DNA from: Armatimonadota bacterium
GTDB taxonomy: Bacteria > Armatimonadota > HRBIN16
Assembly (NCBI GenBank): GCA_963677485.1
Contig: OY781964.1
Span: 1,568,001 to 1,632,000 of the forward strand
Length of the DNA: 64,000 bases
Direction: 5' to 3'
Shown: positions 1 through 9,089 of the stretch, piece after piece
Layout of the letters: every line of letters starts with the position of its first letter
Position numbering within the stretch: the stretch's first letter is position 1
Position numbers and translations under genes: made by a program
The notes under the pieces: model-generated
Database searches by the model: none
What the model was told of the DNA's origin: nothing
The model's input: only the letters and a program-made list of their open reading frames with translations

Positions 1-2705
1 TCCGGCCGCATTAGTCGCAACTCACTCATGTTGATGCTGATACCTGACCTGTCGACAGAAATAGCCGGTATTCTGGTTTTAGAAAGATGATCATAGATGC
101 TTTCAAGAAACGCTTTGATTTCACCATCGCTGCGCTCTATGTCGAGCGTGGTTAATACACGATTGAGGAACAGGAACCGACTGTTTTTGCCCTTACCGAC
201 GAAGGCCTCACGGTTCAGGCTCCAGTCTTCTTCTTTGGTGCTGAAATGCATATCATCATCTACGTCTTTAGTGAAAGGTTCATTTGGTATACTGCAGCGA
301 TAGAACTCACCTAACCGTAAGGTATCAAGAATCACTGCCAGTATATCGCTATACGCCTCTGTGACATTGGCAGAACACCCATTGAATACGTCTGGACACT
401 CCAACCGCTCAAGTCCTGGATACTCCACCTCAAGCAACCCCTGTGTTTCGAGTGAATTAGCTCCCGGTTTTGCAGTATGGAACTCCTCACAAAACAGCTT
501 ATATATGTCCTGCTTTGCCACTTCGCGCCAGCGTGTTCGCATGTAGTCACCATCATCCCATTCTCCAGGTTCCTCGTAATGAACACGTCCTTGTATCCAT
601 GGGTCAAATATCTGGGCAGCGTGCCAATCTGATCCCGCATGCCTCATGAGCTCTTTGACGACAATGGCATGATTGAGTTTTGCACAGATATCATCTAGCT
701 CCTCACGCTCATCTGGTTCTAGTAAACCCGCCTGCTCCTTTGTGGTATAACGTTTATACCTCAGCTGGTCGTTTATGGTGAGTTTCGAACAGCCTTGTGA
801 CAACAGCCAGTGTTTAAACAGTAGGCTGTTATGCTGGTGGGTCAGTGTAGGACCAAGTATGGCCGCTTTTCGACGGCTATCACTAAAAGCCAGCAGGCGC
901 CTGCCACCTGCCGGCAGGGTTGATTCATCAACCCCTGGCATTGGCGGAATGTGTTGAATGACTGTTTCTACAACTAACGAGTCTGTGATATGGTGAGTGT
1001 ACAGCGGGCCGATATGACGTGATTTTCCGCACCGAGCACACTTAGCTCCTGTCACAACTCCACGTTGTGGCGACCTATCAACCTGGCGCTTCGCACCTGG
1101 GATTAGACCGGTATCATCGTGATCATCGAGTGCTTGATACCAATCAACGGGCGTGATCAACTGGTCGCCCATAGGAGCCGTGATTCTCAGCACGGGAGTG
1201 CCGCATGACTGGCAATGCCATAGTTCAGCGACTTTATCGTGTAGGCAGTAAGGGCAGTTCGATGACTCTTTGTCGAACAAGCCTCCAAATGGTTCCGCCT
1301 TGATGGATGCTGTACACTGACCGCTCAGGCAGACATAGAGTGTCTCGATTTGGCTTACCAATGCGTGCAGACGATGCGGTATCAATGGCTTGTGATCAGC
1401 TTTTTGGCGCGCGCTGGCTCCCAGGTTCAACAGCCAAAGAAGCCGCTTATCGGTTGATATCTCACTGAGTTTGCCAATCCGGTTCTGCTTCAATGAATCT
1501 ACAAGCCATCTGGCATATGGTGAGTGCGTGAGTATGTCGTATAACTGCCTTGCTGGTTGTGTCTCGGATTTAAACTCATATCCTGGTGCCAAAACCCGAA
1601 GCTTTTCACGAAGCCGTGCGCATTCATCTGGGCAGTCGACAAGATTCCCATGCTCAAATGTAGGTCGTGGTTCATACGGCTCAACCATCTTAAGCTGTTC
1701 AATGGGCCAGCTCTCAACTGTTTCAAACGGCTCCAACACATCGGCATCCTCACCCTTGATCAGGCGAACAGCTGAGGCTGGTTTGTCGGTAAACATTGCC
1801 GCGAATTTCGTTTGCTCATTCCCATCTCCGCCAAGAGTAGCAGAAGCTAGAATGTGCAATATGCTAGTGGCACCCATTCCGCTCGAATAACAAATACGCT
1901 TAAGCATCATGGCCATTTCGGTCGCCATTCCGCCAAGATACTGGTGAGCTTCATCAAGAACAAGGCATTCGAGTGCTTTGTCCAGCAGGCTGCTGTCTTT
2001 GGGACGAGCCAGGATGAACTCAAGCATCGAATAATTCGTGATGAGTATATCCGGCGGACAGTCACGAATATCTGTCCTGGTTCTGCGTCTATACTCACCA
2101 AAATGTTCGATGCTTTTGACGTCTGCGTCATCGTCATCTTCTGGTGTATCACTGGTGAAATAGGCGAAACTTAATCCAAGTTGGTTGTTTTTGAGCCAGT
2201 CATCCAGCCGATTCACTTGGTCGAATATGAGGGCATTCGTTGGGTAGATGATAATTGCCCGAACCCCATTGCTACCTTTTGCCCTTGAAATGCTCACAAG
2301 CCGGTTCAGCATAGGCAATAGAAAAGCCTCAGTCTTACCTGAGCCAGTTCCGGCGGTGATCAGCATTGTGGGCTGAACCGCTTCATGACGGCTTTTATAC
2401 TCTGTAATGATCGCCTTGTGCTGATGCGTGTAGAGTGTGCGTTCAGGATTTATGTGCATATGCGGCAACTTAAGCAGATCGGGGTGGAATACGCCCTTGT
2501 CCGCGAGTTTTCGCAGTGTCGATTCGCTAGATTTATACGGCCAGGTTGCTTCCAGCCAGAGTTCGCTGACCAGGCGGCTCTCCTCACATTCAAAAAACCG
2601 CTGAATGGTATCTAGCAATGGCTGGTGGTTTACATAACCATCTTCCAACGCATGCGCCATGAGCCGTTTTTTTACATCCTGTATAGCTTTAATGGCGTTA
2701 AGCAT
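1..2705 (-). CDS. Large SF2 DEAH-box helicase, DruE-like (type III Druantia); N-terminal ~900 codons, continues beyond the left edge
   Basis: Hand translation from ATG 2705 (MLNAIKAIQDVKK). These motifs are all in one frame: Q-motif LYTHQ, Walker A TAGTGSGKT (~2331-2357), IIIYPTNAL, DILITNYSMLE, VLDEAH (~1944-1961), SAT, Cys pairs CPYC/CQSC/CARC, LPAGGRRLLAFSDSRR (~870-917) and NSLETQGLLEVEYPGL (~415-458). The last two resemble DruE as I recall it. Missing from the ORF track because there is no stop inside the window. Confidence 0.85.
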   Translation of the reverse strand, partial: MLNAIKAIQDVKKRLMAHALEDGYVNHQPLLDTIQRFFECEESRLVSELWLEATWPYKSSESTLRKLADKGVFHPDLLKLPHMHINPERTLYTHQHKAIITEYKSRHEAVQPTMLITAGTGSGKTEAFLLPMLNRLVSISRAKGSNGVRAIIIYPTNALIFDQVNRLDDWLKNNQLGLSFAYFTSDTPEDDDDADVKSIEHFGEYRRRTRTDIRDCPPDILITNYSMLEFILARPKDSSLLDKALECLVLDEAHQYLGGMATEMAMMLKRICYSSGMGATSILHILASATLGGDGNEQTKFAAMFTDKPASAVRLIKGEDADVLEPFETVESWPIEQLKMVEPYEPRPTFEHGNLVDCPDECARLREKLRVLAPGYEFKSETQPARQLYDILTHSPYARWLVDSLKQNRIGKLSEISTDKRLLWLLNLGASARQKADHKPLIPHRLHALVSQIETLYVCLSGQCTASIKAEPFGGLFDKESSNCPYCLHDKVAELWHCQSCGTPVLRITAPMGDQLITPVDWYQALDDHDDTGLIPGAKRQVDRSPQRGVVTGAKCARCGKSRHIGPLYTHHITDSLVVETVIQHIPPMPGVDESTLPAGGRRLLAFSDSRRKAAILGPTLTHQHNSLLFKHWLLSQGCSKLTINDQLRYKRYTTKEQAGLLEPDEREELDDICAKLNHAIVVKELMRHAGSDWHAAQIFDPWIQGRVHYEEPGEWDDGDYMRTRWREVAKQDIYKLFCEEFHTAKPGANSLETQGLLEVEYPGLERLECPDVFNGCSANVTEAYSDILAVILDTLRLGEFYRCSIPNEPFTKDVDDDMHFSTKEEDWSLNREAFVGKGKNSRFLFLNRVLTTLDIERSDGEIKAFLESIYDHLSKTRIPAISVDRSGISINMSELRLMRP

Positions 2706-5652
2706 TGTTCATCAACCATCTTTCACACAGTTTTGCTAAAAGATACTCTGTCACTGTGTTATGCGTGTTCTTCGATAATATGGCTATTTCACTGACGTAT
2801 CTTTCGATCCGCTTACTAGCAGAACGCATATCGTTTCCTGTCGCTGCACGGTATACCTCTTCATGCATAACAGCTAGATTATTTAGGGAGATAGGTGAAG
2901 ATTTGAGTATTGCCGATATGCCAAGTATATCCTCACATGGCAACTTCTCTCTAAGGATTTCAATGCATTTCTCCATAGAAATCACGTTCTTATTGTACTG
3001 TTTATCTTCTTCCTTAGTATCATTGCTTAATATATACTTATTTACATACCAATGATATAGATGATCACTAAAATACTCAAAAACACTATCAACCGGAACA
3101 CTGAACCATCGTGCCATTTTGAAGCTGATCACAGGTCCATATTTGTGACATATCGACATCAACGTATCCATACGAAAATCATCTGACATGAGGTTACAAC
3201 AATAACCATCGATTTCCACAGCAGTAAGAAGACCACAGACATCATTCACAAAACAACGCTTCAGTAGGTAATTTGACACTGGGTATTTAGTATAGTTGGA
3301 ATCTGGTGCCGACCATATCGTTACGCAATCAGTTTGGTGACCCAGGAAGTAGTCATAAAGCGAACCATGTGACTTCGGATCCAAAACTAGTGCATGCATC
3401 GATGCTAGATTCTCAACAAGGTCAGATGGATTCATGTCACTTCCATAACATCCATACCAGTCGTTCGCAGTTGCCCATCCGACTTCTCCGCCGTCCGCCA
3501 TCACCGTAACTAGGTACGGTTTCCTATCGTATTTATCAACGCGAACGATCAACCCATCACCAGAAGCTATGCACGCACCATACTCGCTTATACCAGAACA
3601 ATCCCAAATGCGTATGCTAACCACACGGTCAAGGCTGATCTCATGGCGTAAACGTACCGTTAGGGCACTACCTTGTAGTTTCATAGTTGGTTCATTGACA
3701 GCTACACAACCGCGGTATACAGATACGAATGGCAGAGTCTTGAATGAACCATCAGCCCATTTCAATGAGTATCGCCCACCCATACCTTTCGGCCTTCCAC
3801 TCACATTGACATCGCCCTGCTCTGTCACATATCCAATTGAGACCGTACCACCATAAAGTGCGTCTTCACATAGAACAGCACCGGACAACATGAGCCTCTG
3901 ATCCGCACCGGGCCAATATCGTATAGCCGGACGATCACTTTTTGCGTCGATCTCAACGTAGTCCGTTTCACTCAGTTGAATCCAACTCATTTGATCAACA
4001 GGCGTTTCCGAATATGCGATGAACTCACAAGGGTTCATGTAATGATGTGCATCATCGTATGGAGTGAAAGGGTTACCATGACCCTGCAATTTTACCCGAA
4101 TTGGTATCCTGGTGCGTGTGACCGATCCTGCATGTTTCCATACATATCCGTTACGATCTGCAGCCAATTCAAAGCCGTCTGTGTAACCGGCGATATACAC
4201 AGAATGAATTTCTGTTTCAAAATCGCGGGTAAAAATAGTGAACCCATCCTCTGTGGGCGTAAACTCTATGAGTTTCCGCTGTTCTTCTGCGCTCAACTGT
4301 CCATTATCATGGCAGCTTGAACGCCATATCTCCTCGCCATTGACGTCTGAAATAACGAGAGGTGGTGAAAACAGGCAGTATTCAATACTGTGCTGGCTAT
4401 ACTGGTCTACGTTACAGCTCCAGTCCCACTTGCTGGGCCATATAGCAAGGTATCGTTTATTTTGATCTAGTCTTTTATACATTGATATGCGCGTTCCGTC
4501 TTCAGCGTACAAACATGGTTCACCATCGAACTCAACCAAAGAGACCAGTTCAGATGCTAGTTCATGATCTTCTTCATCATGAATCGTGACTGTCACATTG
4601 TGGTGTTCACCTAAATACCCACACAGCGTATTCGATTTATGGTTAAGGTCAGGTTCCAGATTACCCTTATTCCATGAGTAGGTGATTTCGTCATCGCCGC
4701 ACCGAACTGTGAATGGTTCGAATTGAGACAGATTCTTGATAGCCGGCAATACGCCCAGTATATCCACAGCAACAGGAATCTCAAATCTGATGAGCGCGTT
4801 AGTGTAGATGATCCTTGGGGTACCCAGCCATTGTGTAGGCACATTCGGCTCAGGGCCGGGAGAATTGGTTGGTGTGTTGGGTGCGTACCGCTTTTTCGGT
4901 TTCGGTGTGCTCTTTATGATTTCGTCTACCCATTCAGGTAAGACCCACGGCGATTCGGTGAGATATTTCCGGAAATCCGGCTGTTCTATATCGCCCGATG
5001 TGTAGCGACGAATCGTATTCCAAAGACTCACAAATGTCTGAGATCGTATGTTCTGCACGCGTGTGTTTTGATCTATATGGCCTGATAACAAGCACCTCAC
5101 GGCAACACGAACCCTGTGTTCACTAAAATAGTCGTCAGGATTGTCATAGTAGACCGAAACCCAGTCCTGGAGTTTGGATATCGTGCGTTTGGTCAGCCCA
5201 CACTGCAGATTCATAAAGTTATAGTAGTTCTTCCCAGCTTCATACGGAAAAAGATCACGCAGATACGATAACCCGATGCCTTCATGAGATTCGTTCGAAT
5301 ATGCTGTTGACTTAATGTATTCATTAAGACCGGGTTTAGGGTTCATTGAGCTGGAGATGAATAAGGTATTTGTGATGGTTCGGTTAAGCTCATATAGATA
5401 TCCATATATGGATGGCCATAGTGTCTTTTCATCGTCAGTTTGGAAGGTACGCCGGTTAACTGCCACCATAAGAATCAGGGCTAACCAATAATGTTGGCGG
5501 TATAGGACCTCAAGACATGCATACCACTCCCGCAGATCCGCGTACTCATCCTCGGTCACACGCAACTCCGCGATGGACCAGGGACGGGCAAGTTTATGGA
5601 ACGCATCTACGCGCTTCCGAAGGCTGGCGATTGTTTCCGTTACGCTACTCAA
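2698..5652 (-). CDS. DruH-like (STY4851/ECs_5259-like) 984-aa protein
   Basis: Long ORF with a TTG start 7 nt after GAGGT; overlaps the helicase start by 8 nt. N-terminal RPWSIAELRVTEDEYADLREW resembles the DruH-family N-terminus as recalled. Size and position match druH-druE. Confidence 0.65.
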   Translation of the reverse strand: MSSVTETIASLRKRVDAFHKLARPWSIAELRVTEDEYADLREWYACLEVLYRQHYWLALILMVAVNRRTFQTDDEKTLWPSIYGYLYELNRTITNTLFISSSMNPKPGLNEYIKSTAYSNESHEGIGLSYLRDLFPYEAGKNYYNFMNLQCGLTKRTISKLQDWVSVYYDNPDDYFSEHRVRVAVRCLLSGHIDQNTRVQNIRSQTFVSLWNTIRRYTSGDIEQPDFRKYLTESPWVLPEWVDEIIKSTPKPKKRYAPNTPTNSPGPEPNVPTQWLGTPRIIYTNALIRFEIPVAVDILGVLPAIKNLSQFEPFTVRCGDDEITYSWNKGNLEPDLNHKSNTLCGYLGEHHNVTVTIHDEEDHELASELVSLVEFDGEPCLYAEDGTRISMYKRLDQNKRYLAIWPSKWDWSCNVDQYSQHSIEYCLFSPPLVISDVNGEEIWRSSCHDNGQLSAEEQRKLIEFTPTEDGFTIFTRDFETEIHSVYIAGYTDGFELAADRNGYVWKHAGSVTRTRIPIRVKLQGHGNPFTPYDDAHHYMNPCEFIAYSETPVDQMSWIQLSETDYVEIDAKSDRPAIRYWPGADQRLMLSGAVLCEDALYGGTVSIGYVTEQGDVNVSGRPKGMGGRYSLKWADGSFKTLPFVSVYRGCVAVNEPTMKLQGSALTVRLRHEISLDRVVSIRIWDCSGISEYGACIASGDGLIVRVDKYDRKPYLVTVMADGGEVGWATANDWYGCYGSDMNPSDLVENLASMHALVLDPKSHGSLYDYFLGHQTDCVTIWSAPDSNYTKYPVSNYLLKRCFVNDVCGLLTAVEIDGYCCNLMSDDFRMDTLMSICHKYGPVISFKMARWFSVPVDSVFEYFSDHLYHWYVNKYILSNDTKEEDKQYNKNVISMEKCIEILREKLPCEDILGISAILKSSPISLNNLAVMHEEVYRAATGNDMRSASKRIERYVSEIAILSKNTHNTVTEYLLAKLCERWLMNNA

Positions 5653-5685
5653 TGTCGTTACCTCATCGAATCACAATTTAACGAC

Positions 5686-5713
5686 ATTATACACTTAACG
5701 CATGGAAATGCAA
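5686..5713 (-). promoter_or_regulatory. Sigma70-type promoter of the druH/druE-like operon
   Basis: Minus strand TTGCAT-16 nt-TATAAT, about 35 nt upstream of the TTG start. Confidence 0.6.
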
Positions 5714-5770
5714 AACCTTACCCATCCGCATCATCTGCGGTTCAGACAAACAGATCGGCCTGGCCATATC

Positions 5771-5805
5771 TCTCTGCGCCTTTGCCCCTTTGCGTCTTTG
5801 CGTTG
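5771..5805 (-). repeat. Short tandem ~8-nt micro-repeat (acgcaaag-type)
   Basis: Minus strand aacgcaaag acgcaaag gggcaaag gcgcagag, about 20 nt after the MTase stop. Confidence 0.6.
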
Positions 5806-5824
5806 GACCCCATCCGAACCGCCA

Positions 5825-7018
5825 TCACAACGCCGCCCTCTGCCCGTAACCAAGCGCATCAAAAGCCAGCGCATCGGAGGTGGAGGCAGTAGGCGCACCG
5901 GCCAGGCGCACGCGCTTCCCGCCACGTAACATGAAGCTCTGCGCATGGAAGCAGCCAGCCAGCATCTGACCCTCGGCCAGCAGGCTGCACCATTCACTGG
6001 GTTCCGGCTGTTCCATGGTCAGTTCGGGGTGCTTCTGCAGGCATTCCGGCTGGTAGTTTCGCAGAGACACCACGCACTCCGCCGGGTCATAGCTCCACGA
6101 GCTTTCGGGGTATGCAGGCCCGTAAACGCCAAAATGCGAACCTAGCTGCAGCATCCTGCAGCGCGCGGTATGTATGGCCAGAGGACCCACATCCAGTCCC
6201 GCCCAACGGCGACCAAGCCGGTGGGCTGTCTCCAGCCAGCTTCCGCTGCCGCAGAAGGGGTCAGCCACCAGATCGTTTTCGTCGCTGAAGCCGCTCATCA
6301 GCCGGTGTAATAGGGAAAAGGGCTTCTGCGTGGGGTATCCAAGCCATTCGGTCGAGTGGTTCGGCGGGCGTGAGATATCCCACACATCGCCGCTGACTTT
6401 ACCATCTGGGTTGAACAGATGCTGCCGCTTTGAGGCGATGATCGCATCATAGGGAACGCGAACGGCCTCGGGATTGAAGCTGTAGTGTTCGCCTTTACGG
6501 TAAAGATATAGCGTGTCGTGCTTGTGACCCAACGCCTTCTTGCTGCCGCCGCCGCTGCGGTAACTCCAGATGATCTCGTTTACGAAGTGCTTACGGCCAA
6601 ACAGCTCATCAAGAAGCAGCCGTATCCGGCTGTTGGCGTGCTGGTCGATATGGACACACAGCAGACCGTCGGGGTGCATCCATTCCCTGATGGCGGCCAG
6701 CCGATGATACATATACTGCAGGTAATCCACACCGTCGGCGCCCCAGGAATCACGAAATCCGGCTGGCACTGATATTCGTTGCCCGTTTGCCAAGTTCACA
6801 CGAGCCAGGAACTTCTCACCCATATCGAAAGGCGGGTCCATATAAACCAGTTTGGGTTTGCTCGCAAGCTGTGGTGCGCACAGGCAGTCTGCATGGATCA
6901 GTGTGCCGCCATCGGCTCCCCACGCCTCCACCTGCGAGGGCACGGGAGGAAGGGCATGGAGCTCGAGAGGGCACTTATCTGGCCAGTTTAGTGTGATGAC
7001 CGGTTGGTGTTCCATCAT
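5825..7018 (-). CDS. Site-specific DNA methyltransferase, N6-adenine/N4-cytosine beta class
   Basis: Motif IV YMDPPF precedes motif I ADPFCGSGS; also FVNEIIWSY, DVW and YPTQKP. Confidence 0.9.
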   Translation of the reverse strand: MMEHQPVITLNWPDKCPLELHALPPVPSQVEAWGADGGTLIHADCLCAPQLASKPKLVYMDPPFDMGEKFLARVNLANGQRISVPAGFRDSWGADGVDYLQYMYHRLAAIREWMHPDGLLCVHIDQHANSRIRLLLDELFGRKHFVNEIIWSYRSGGGSKKALGHKHDTLYLYRKGEHYSFNPEAVRVPYDAIIASKRQHLFNPDGKVSGDVWDISRPPNHSTEWLGYPTQKPFSLLHRLMSGFSDENDLVADPFCGSGSWLETAHRLGRRWAGLDVGPLAIHTARCRMLQLGSHFGVYGPAYPESSWSYDPAECVVSLRNYQPECLQKHPELTMEQPEPSEWCSLLAEGQMLAGCFHAQSFMLRGGKRVRLAGAPTASTSDALAFDALGYGQRAAL

Positions 7019-7019
7019 G

Positions 7020-7050
7020 TAAAAAGGGGTGCAGCAGACGCTGCACCCCT
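7020..7050 (-). terminator. Intrinsic terminator of metK
   Basis: Perfect 11-bp stem AGGGGTGCAGC/GCTGCACCCCT followed by a T run on the minus strand. Confidence 0.8.
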
Positions 7051-7066
7051 ATCATTTACTCCTTGA

Positions 7067-8173
7067 CTACGCTTCCCAGGGCAAGTAGCTCTTGCCAAAA
7101 TGACCGTAGTTGGTGGTCTTCTTGTAGATCGGCTTCAACAGACCGAGCCGCTCGATGATGGCAGCCGGGCGGAAGTCGAAGTTCGCACGTACAAACTCTT
7201 CAGCCGCAGCGGATTCGCCGGTACCGAAGGTATCTACCAGCACGCTGACCGGTTGAGCCTGCCCGATGGCATACGCCACCTGCAACTCAGCCTTCTTAGC
7301 CAGGCCGGCTTTGATGATCTCGCGGGCTACATACCTGCAGAAGTAAGCGGAGCTGCGGTCCACCTTGCTGGGGTCTTTGCCGCTGAACGCTCCACCGCCG
7401 TGCCGGGCTGCCCCACCGTAGGTGTCTACGATGATCTTGCGGCCGGTCACGCCGCAGTCGGCGGTAGGCCCGCCAAATTCAAAGCTGCCGCTGGGGTTGA
7501 CGATGAACTTAATGTCTGGCCGGAACCACTCACCCAGTGCGCGCGGGGCGATCACTGTGGCCACATACTGCTTGATATCGGCCTGAGCATATCCTGCAGT
7601 GTGCTGGGTACTCACCAACACCGTATCAACAAGCACCGGCACGATGCCTTCATAACGCACGCTCACCTGGGTCTTGCTATCGGGGCGCAGCCCAGTGTTT
7701 TTACCAGATTTTCGGTCGACAGCCAGCTCATAGGCCAGGTTGTGGGCCAGTTGGATGGGCAAAGGCATCAGCTCTGGGGTTTCATCGCTGGCGAAGCCAA
7801 ACATAATCCCTTGGTCACCGGCCCCCTGATCTAGCCCGTTGTCCACCGCGCTGTTGATCTCATGGCTCTGTTTTGACAGCAGATTGGTGATTTTCACATT
7901 ATCGGCACTGAAGGCTTCGGAGTTATCTATATATCCAATTTCGCGAATTGCGTCGCGAACTATTTGGTCGTATTCGAAATTGGCGTTGGTGCTGATCTCA
8001 CCGGCCAATATGACTTGACCCGATTTTGCGAGCACCTCACAGGCGACATGACTATGAGCATCTTGCTCAAGACATGCATCGAGGATGCTGTCTGCGATGG
8101 TATCGCATACCTTATCGGGGTGCCCTTCGGAGACAGACTCCGAAGAGAAGATCGAGTACTGTTTGTCCATCAT
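7067..8173 (-). CDS. metK: S-adenosylmethionine synthetase
   Basis: SESVSEGHPDK, GAGDQG, GRKIIVDTYGG, HGGGAFSGKDPSKVDRS. Confidence 0.98.
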   Translation of the reverse strand: MMDKQYSIFSSESVSEGHPDKVCDTIADSILDACLEQDAHSHVACEVLAKSGQVILAGEISTNANFEYDQIVRDAIREIGYIDNSEAFSADNVKITNLLSKQSHEINSAVDNGLDQGAGDQGIMFGFASDETPELMPLPIQLAHNLAYELAVDRKSGKNTGLRPDSKTQVSVRYEGIVPVLVDTVLVSTQHTAGYAQADIKQYVATVIAPRALGEWFRPDIKFIVNPSGSFEFGGPTADCGVTGRKIIVDTYGGAARHGGGAFSGKDPSKVDRSSAYFCRYVAREIIKAGLAKKAELQVAYAIGQAQPVSVLVDTFGTGESAAAEEFVRANFDFRPAAIIERLGLLKPIYKKTTNYGHFGKSYLPWEA

Positions 8174-8221
8174 TCAGGTTTCCTTTCGCCCATATGGGCC
8201 TTCACAGGGTCAAATTGACCC

Positions 8222-8258
8222 AAAAAAACGCCTATCGCCGTATCCAGAGGCGAAGGCG
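8222..8258 (-). terminator. Riboswitch-controlled intrinsic terminator in the metK leader
   Basis: CGCCU-UCGCC [UCUGGAUAC] GGCGA-U-AGGCG followed by U7. Confidence 0.85.
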
Positions 8259-8284
8259 CAGTCATGTCCACATTGAACACACAG

Positions 8285-8394
8285 GGAGACAATTTTTCGG
8301 AATAAGATCCCGCGTATCGAGGGGGGTTCCCCTCGGGCACCGTTGGCGTCTCCTGCCCGGTTGCCGGATTCCTATTGGAATCACTCTGGATACG
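8285..8394 (-). ncRNA. SAM riboswitch aptamer, SAM-I/IV-type
   Basis: Core AUCCAGAG...CGGCAACC...GGUGCC...GAU. P1 CGUAUC/GAUACG; P2 GAUUCC/GGAAUC; P4 GAGGGG/CCCCUC; P5 CGGGAU/AUUCCG; PK-2 pairs L3 GGAGAC with GUCUCC. Lies directly upstream of metK. Confidence 0.9.
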
Positions 8395-8399
8395 TGTAT

Positions 8400-8408
8400 A
8401 TTTTACCA
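8400..8408 (-). promoter_or_regulatory. Extended -10 promoter for the riboswitch-metK transcript
   Basis: TGgTAAAAT ending 5 nt before the first P1 base. Confidence 0.65.
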
Positions 8409-8582
8409 TGAGGGTATAGGTTTTAGCGAATATCACTGATTCTGTTCAAAATATATTGATTCTATGTGTTAAAACATGCCATAGTTGAATAAGATGGTAA
8501 GGCTGATGGGTAATGCCAGTAGAGGCTTTCCTGGTGCGACACCTTCGCATATTGAATTTCCGAGAAGAAAGGGAGTGGGATC

Positions 8583-8882
8583 ATGGGCCCGAACAGCGAA
8601 CAGAGCGCCCACCCATCTGATGCCAACAGGATACCTGCACTCACGAAACGTGAGGTAGAGGTGCTGATGCTTATCATTGATGGCCGCTCAAGTAAAGAAG
8701 TGGCGCAACAACTTTTCGTCAGTAAGCGGACGGTAGACTTCCATCTCGCGAATGTTTACCATAAGCTTAATGTGACTAACCGCGTGCAGGCGTTTCGAAG
8801 AGCTGCAAGTTTAGGACTCATCCCGTTTGAGTTGGGCGGAGCCAAACAGCTAGAAGATCAGTTGAATCCGCTGCCGGAGTAA
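8583..8882 (+). CDS. Stand-alone LuxR/GerE-type helix-turn-helix regulator
   Basis: LTKREVEVL...GRSSKEVAQQLFVSKRTVDFHLANVYHKLNV. Confidence 0.93.
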   Translation: MGPNSEQSAHPSDANRIPALTKREVEVLMLIIDGRSSKEVAQQLFVSKRTVDFHLANVYHKLNVTNRVQAFRRAASLGLIPFELGGAKQLEDQLNPLPE

Positions 8883-9089
8883 CGGGCAGCGCAATCCCCA
8901 CCGGGCCCTGTTCGGCTATTCGCGCAAGGCCCTGTCTTCGCGCAACTCCCCACCACACGGAGTTCTTCCCAGCAAACCCGTGCCGCAGCATATCTGAATC
9001 GTCAGTAGCCATGCGCTTCAGCGCATTCTATTCCCATAAACATGGGATAGGTTTGTTTCCTTAATCGATTACGCCAACAGCCGCGCAGC

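Noticed and set aside
97-2615. Short ORFs listed in 1-2700
   Set aside because: Shadows of the long minus-strand helicase frame.
5825-7018. MTase as Druantia type II DruM, or as a DISARM/BREX component
   Set aside because: DruM is a C5-cytosine MTase, whereas this is a DPPF amino-MTase; no drm or brx partner genes are visible.
8285-8394. A wholly new minimal SAM riboswitch class
   Set aside because: P5 and the L3-3' pseudoknot are present, which fits the described SAM-I/IV architecture; only the expression platform is highlighted.
8170-8436. 88-aa ORF upstream of metK as a leader peptide
   Set aside because: It spans the promoter, aptamer and terminator; the RNA structure explains the sequence.
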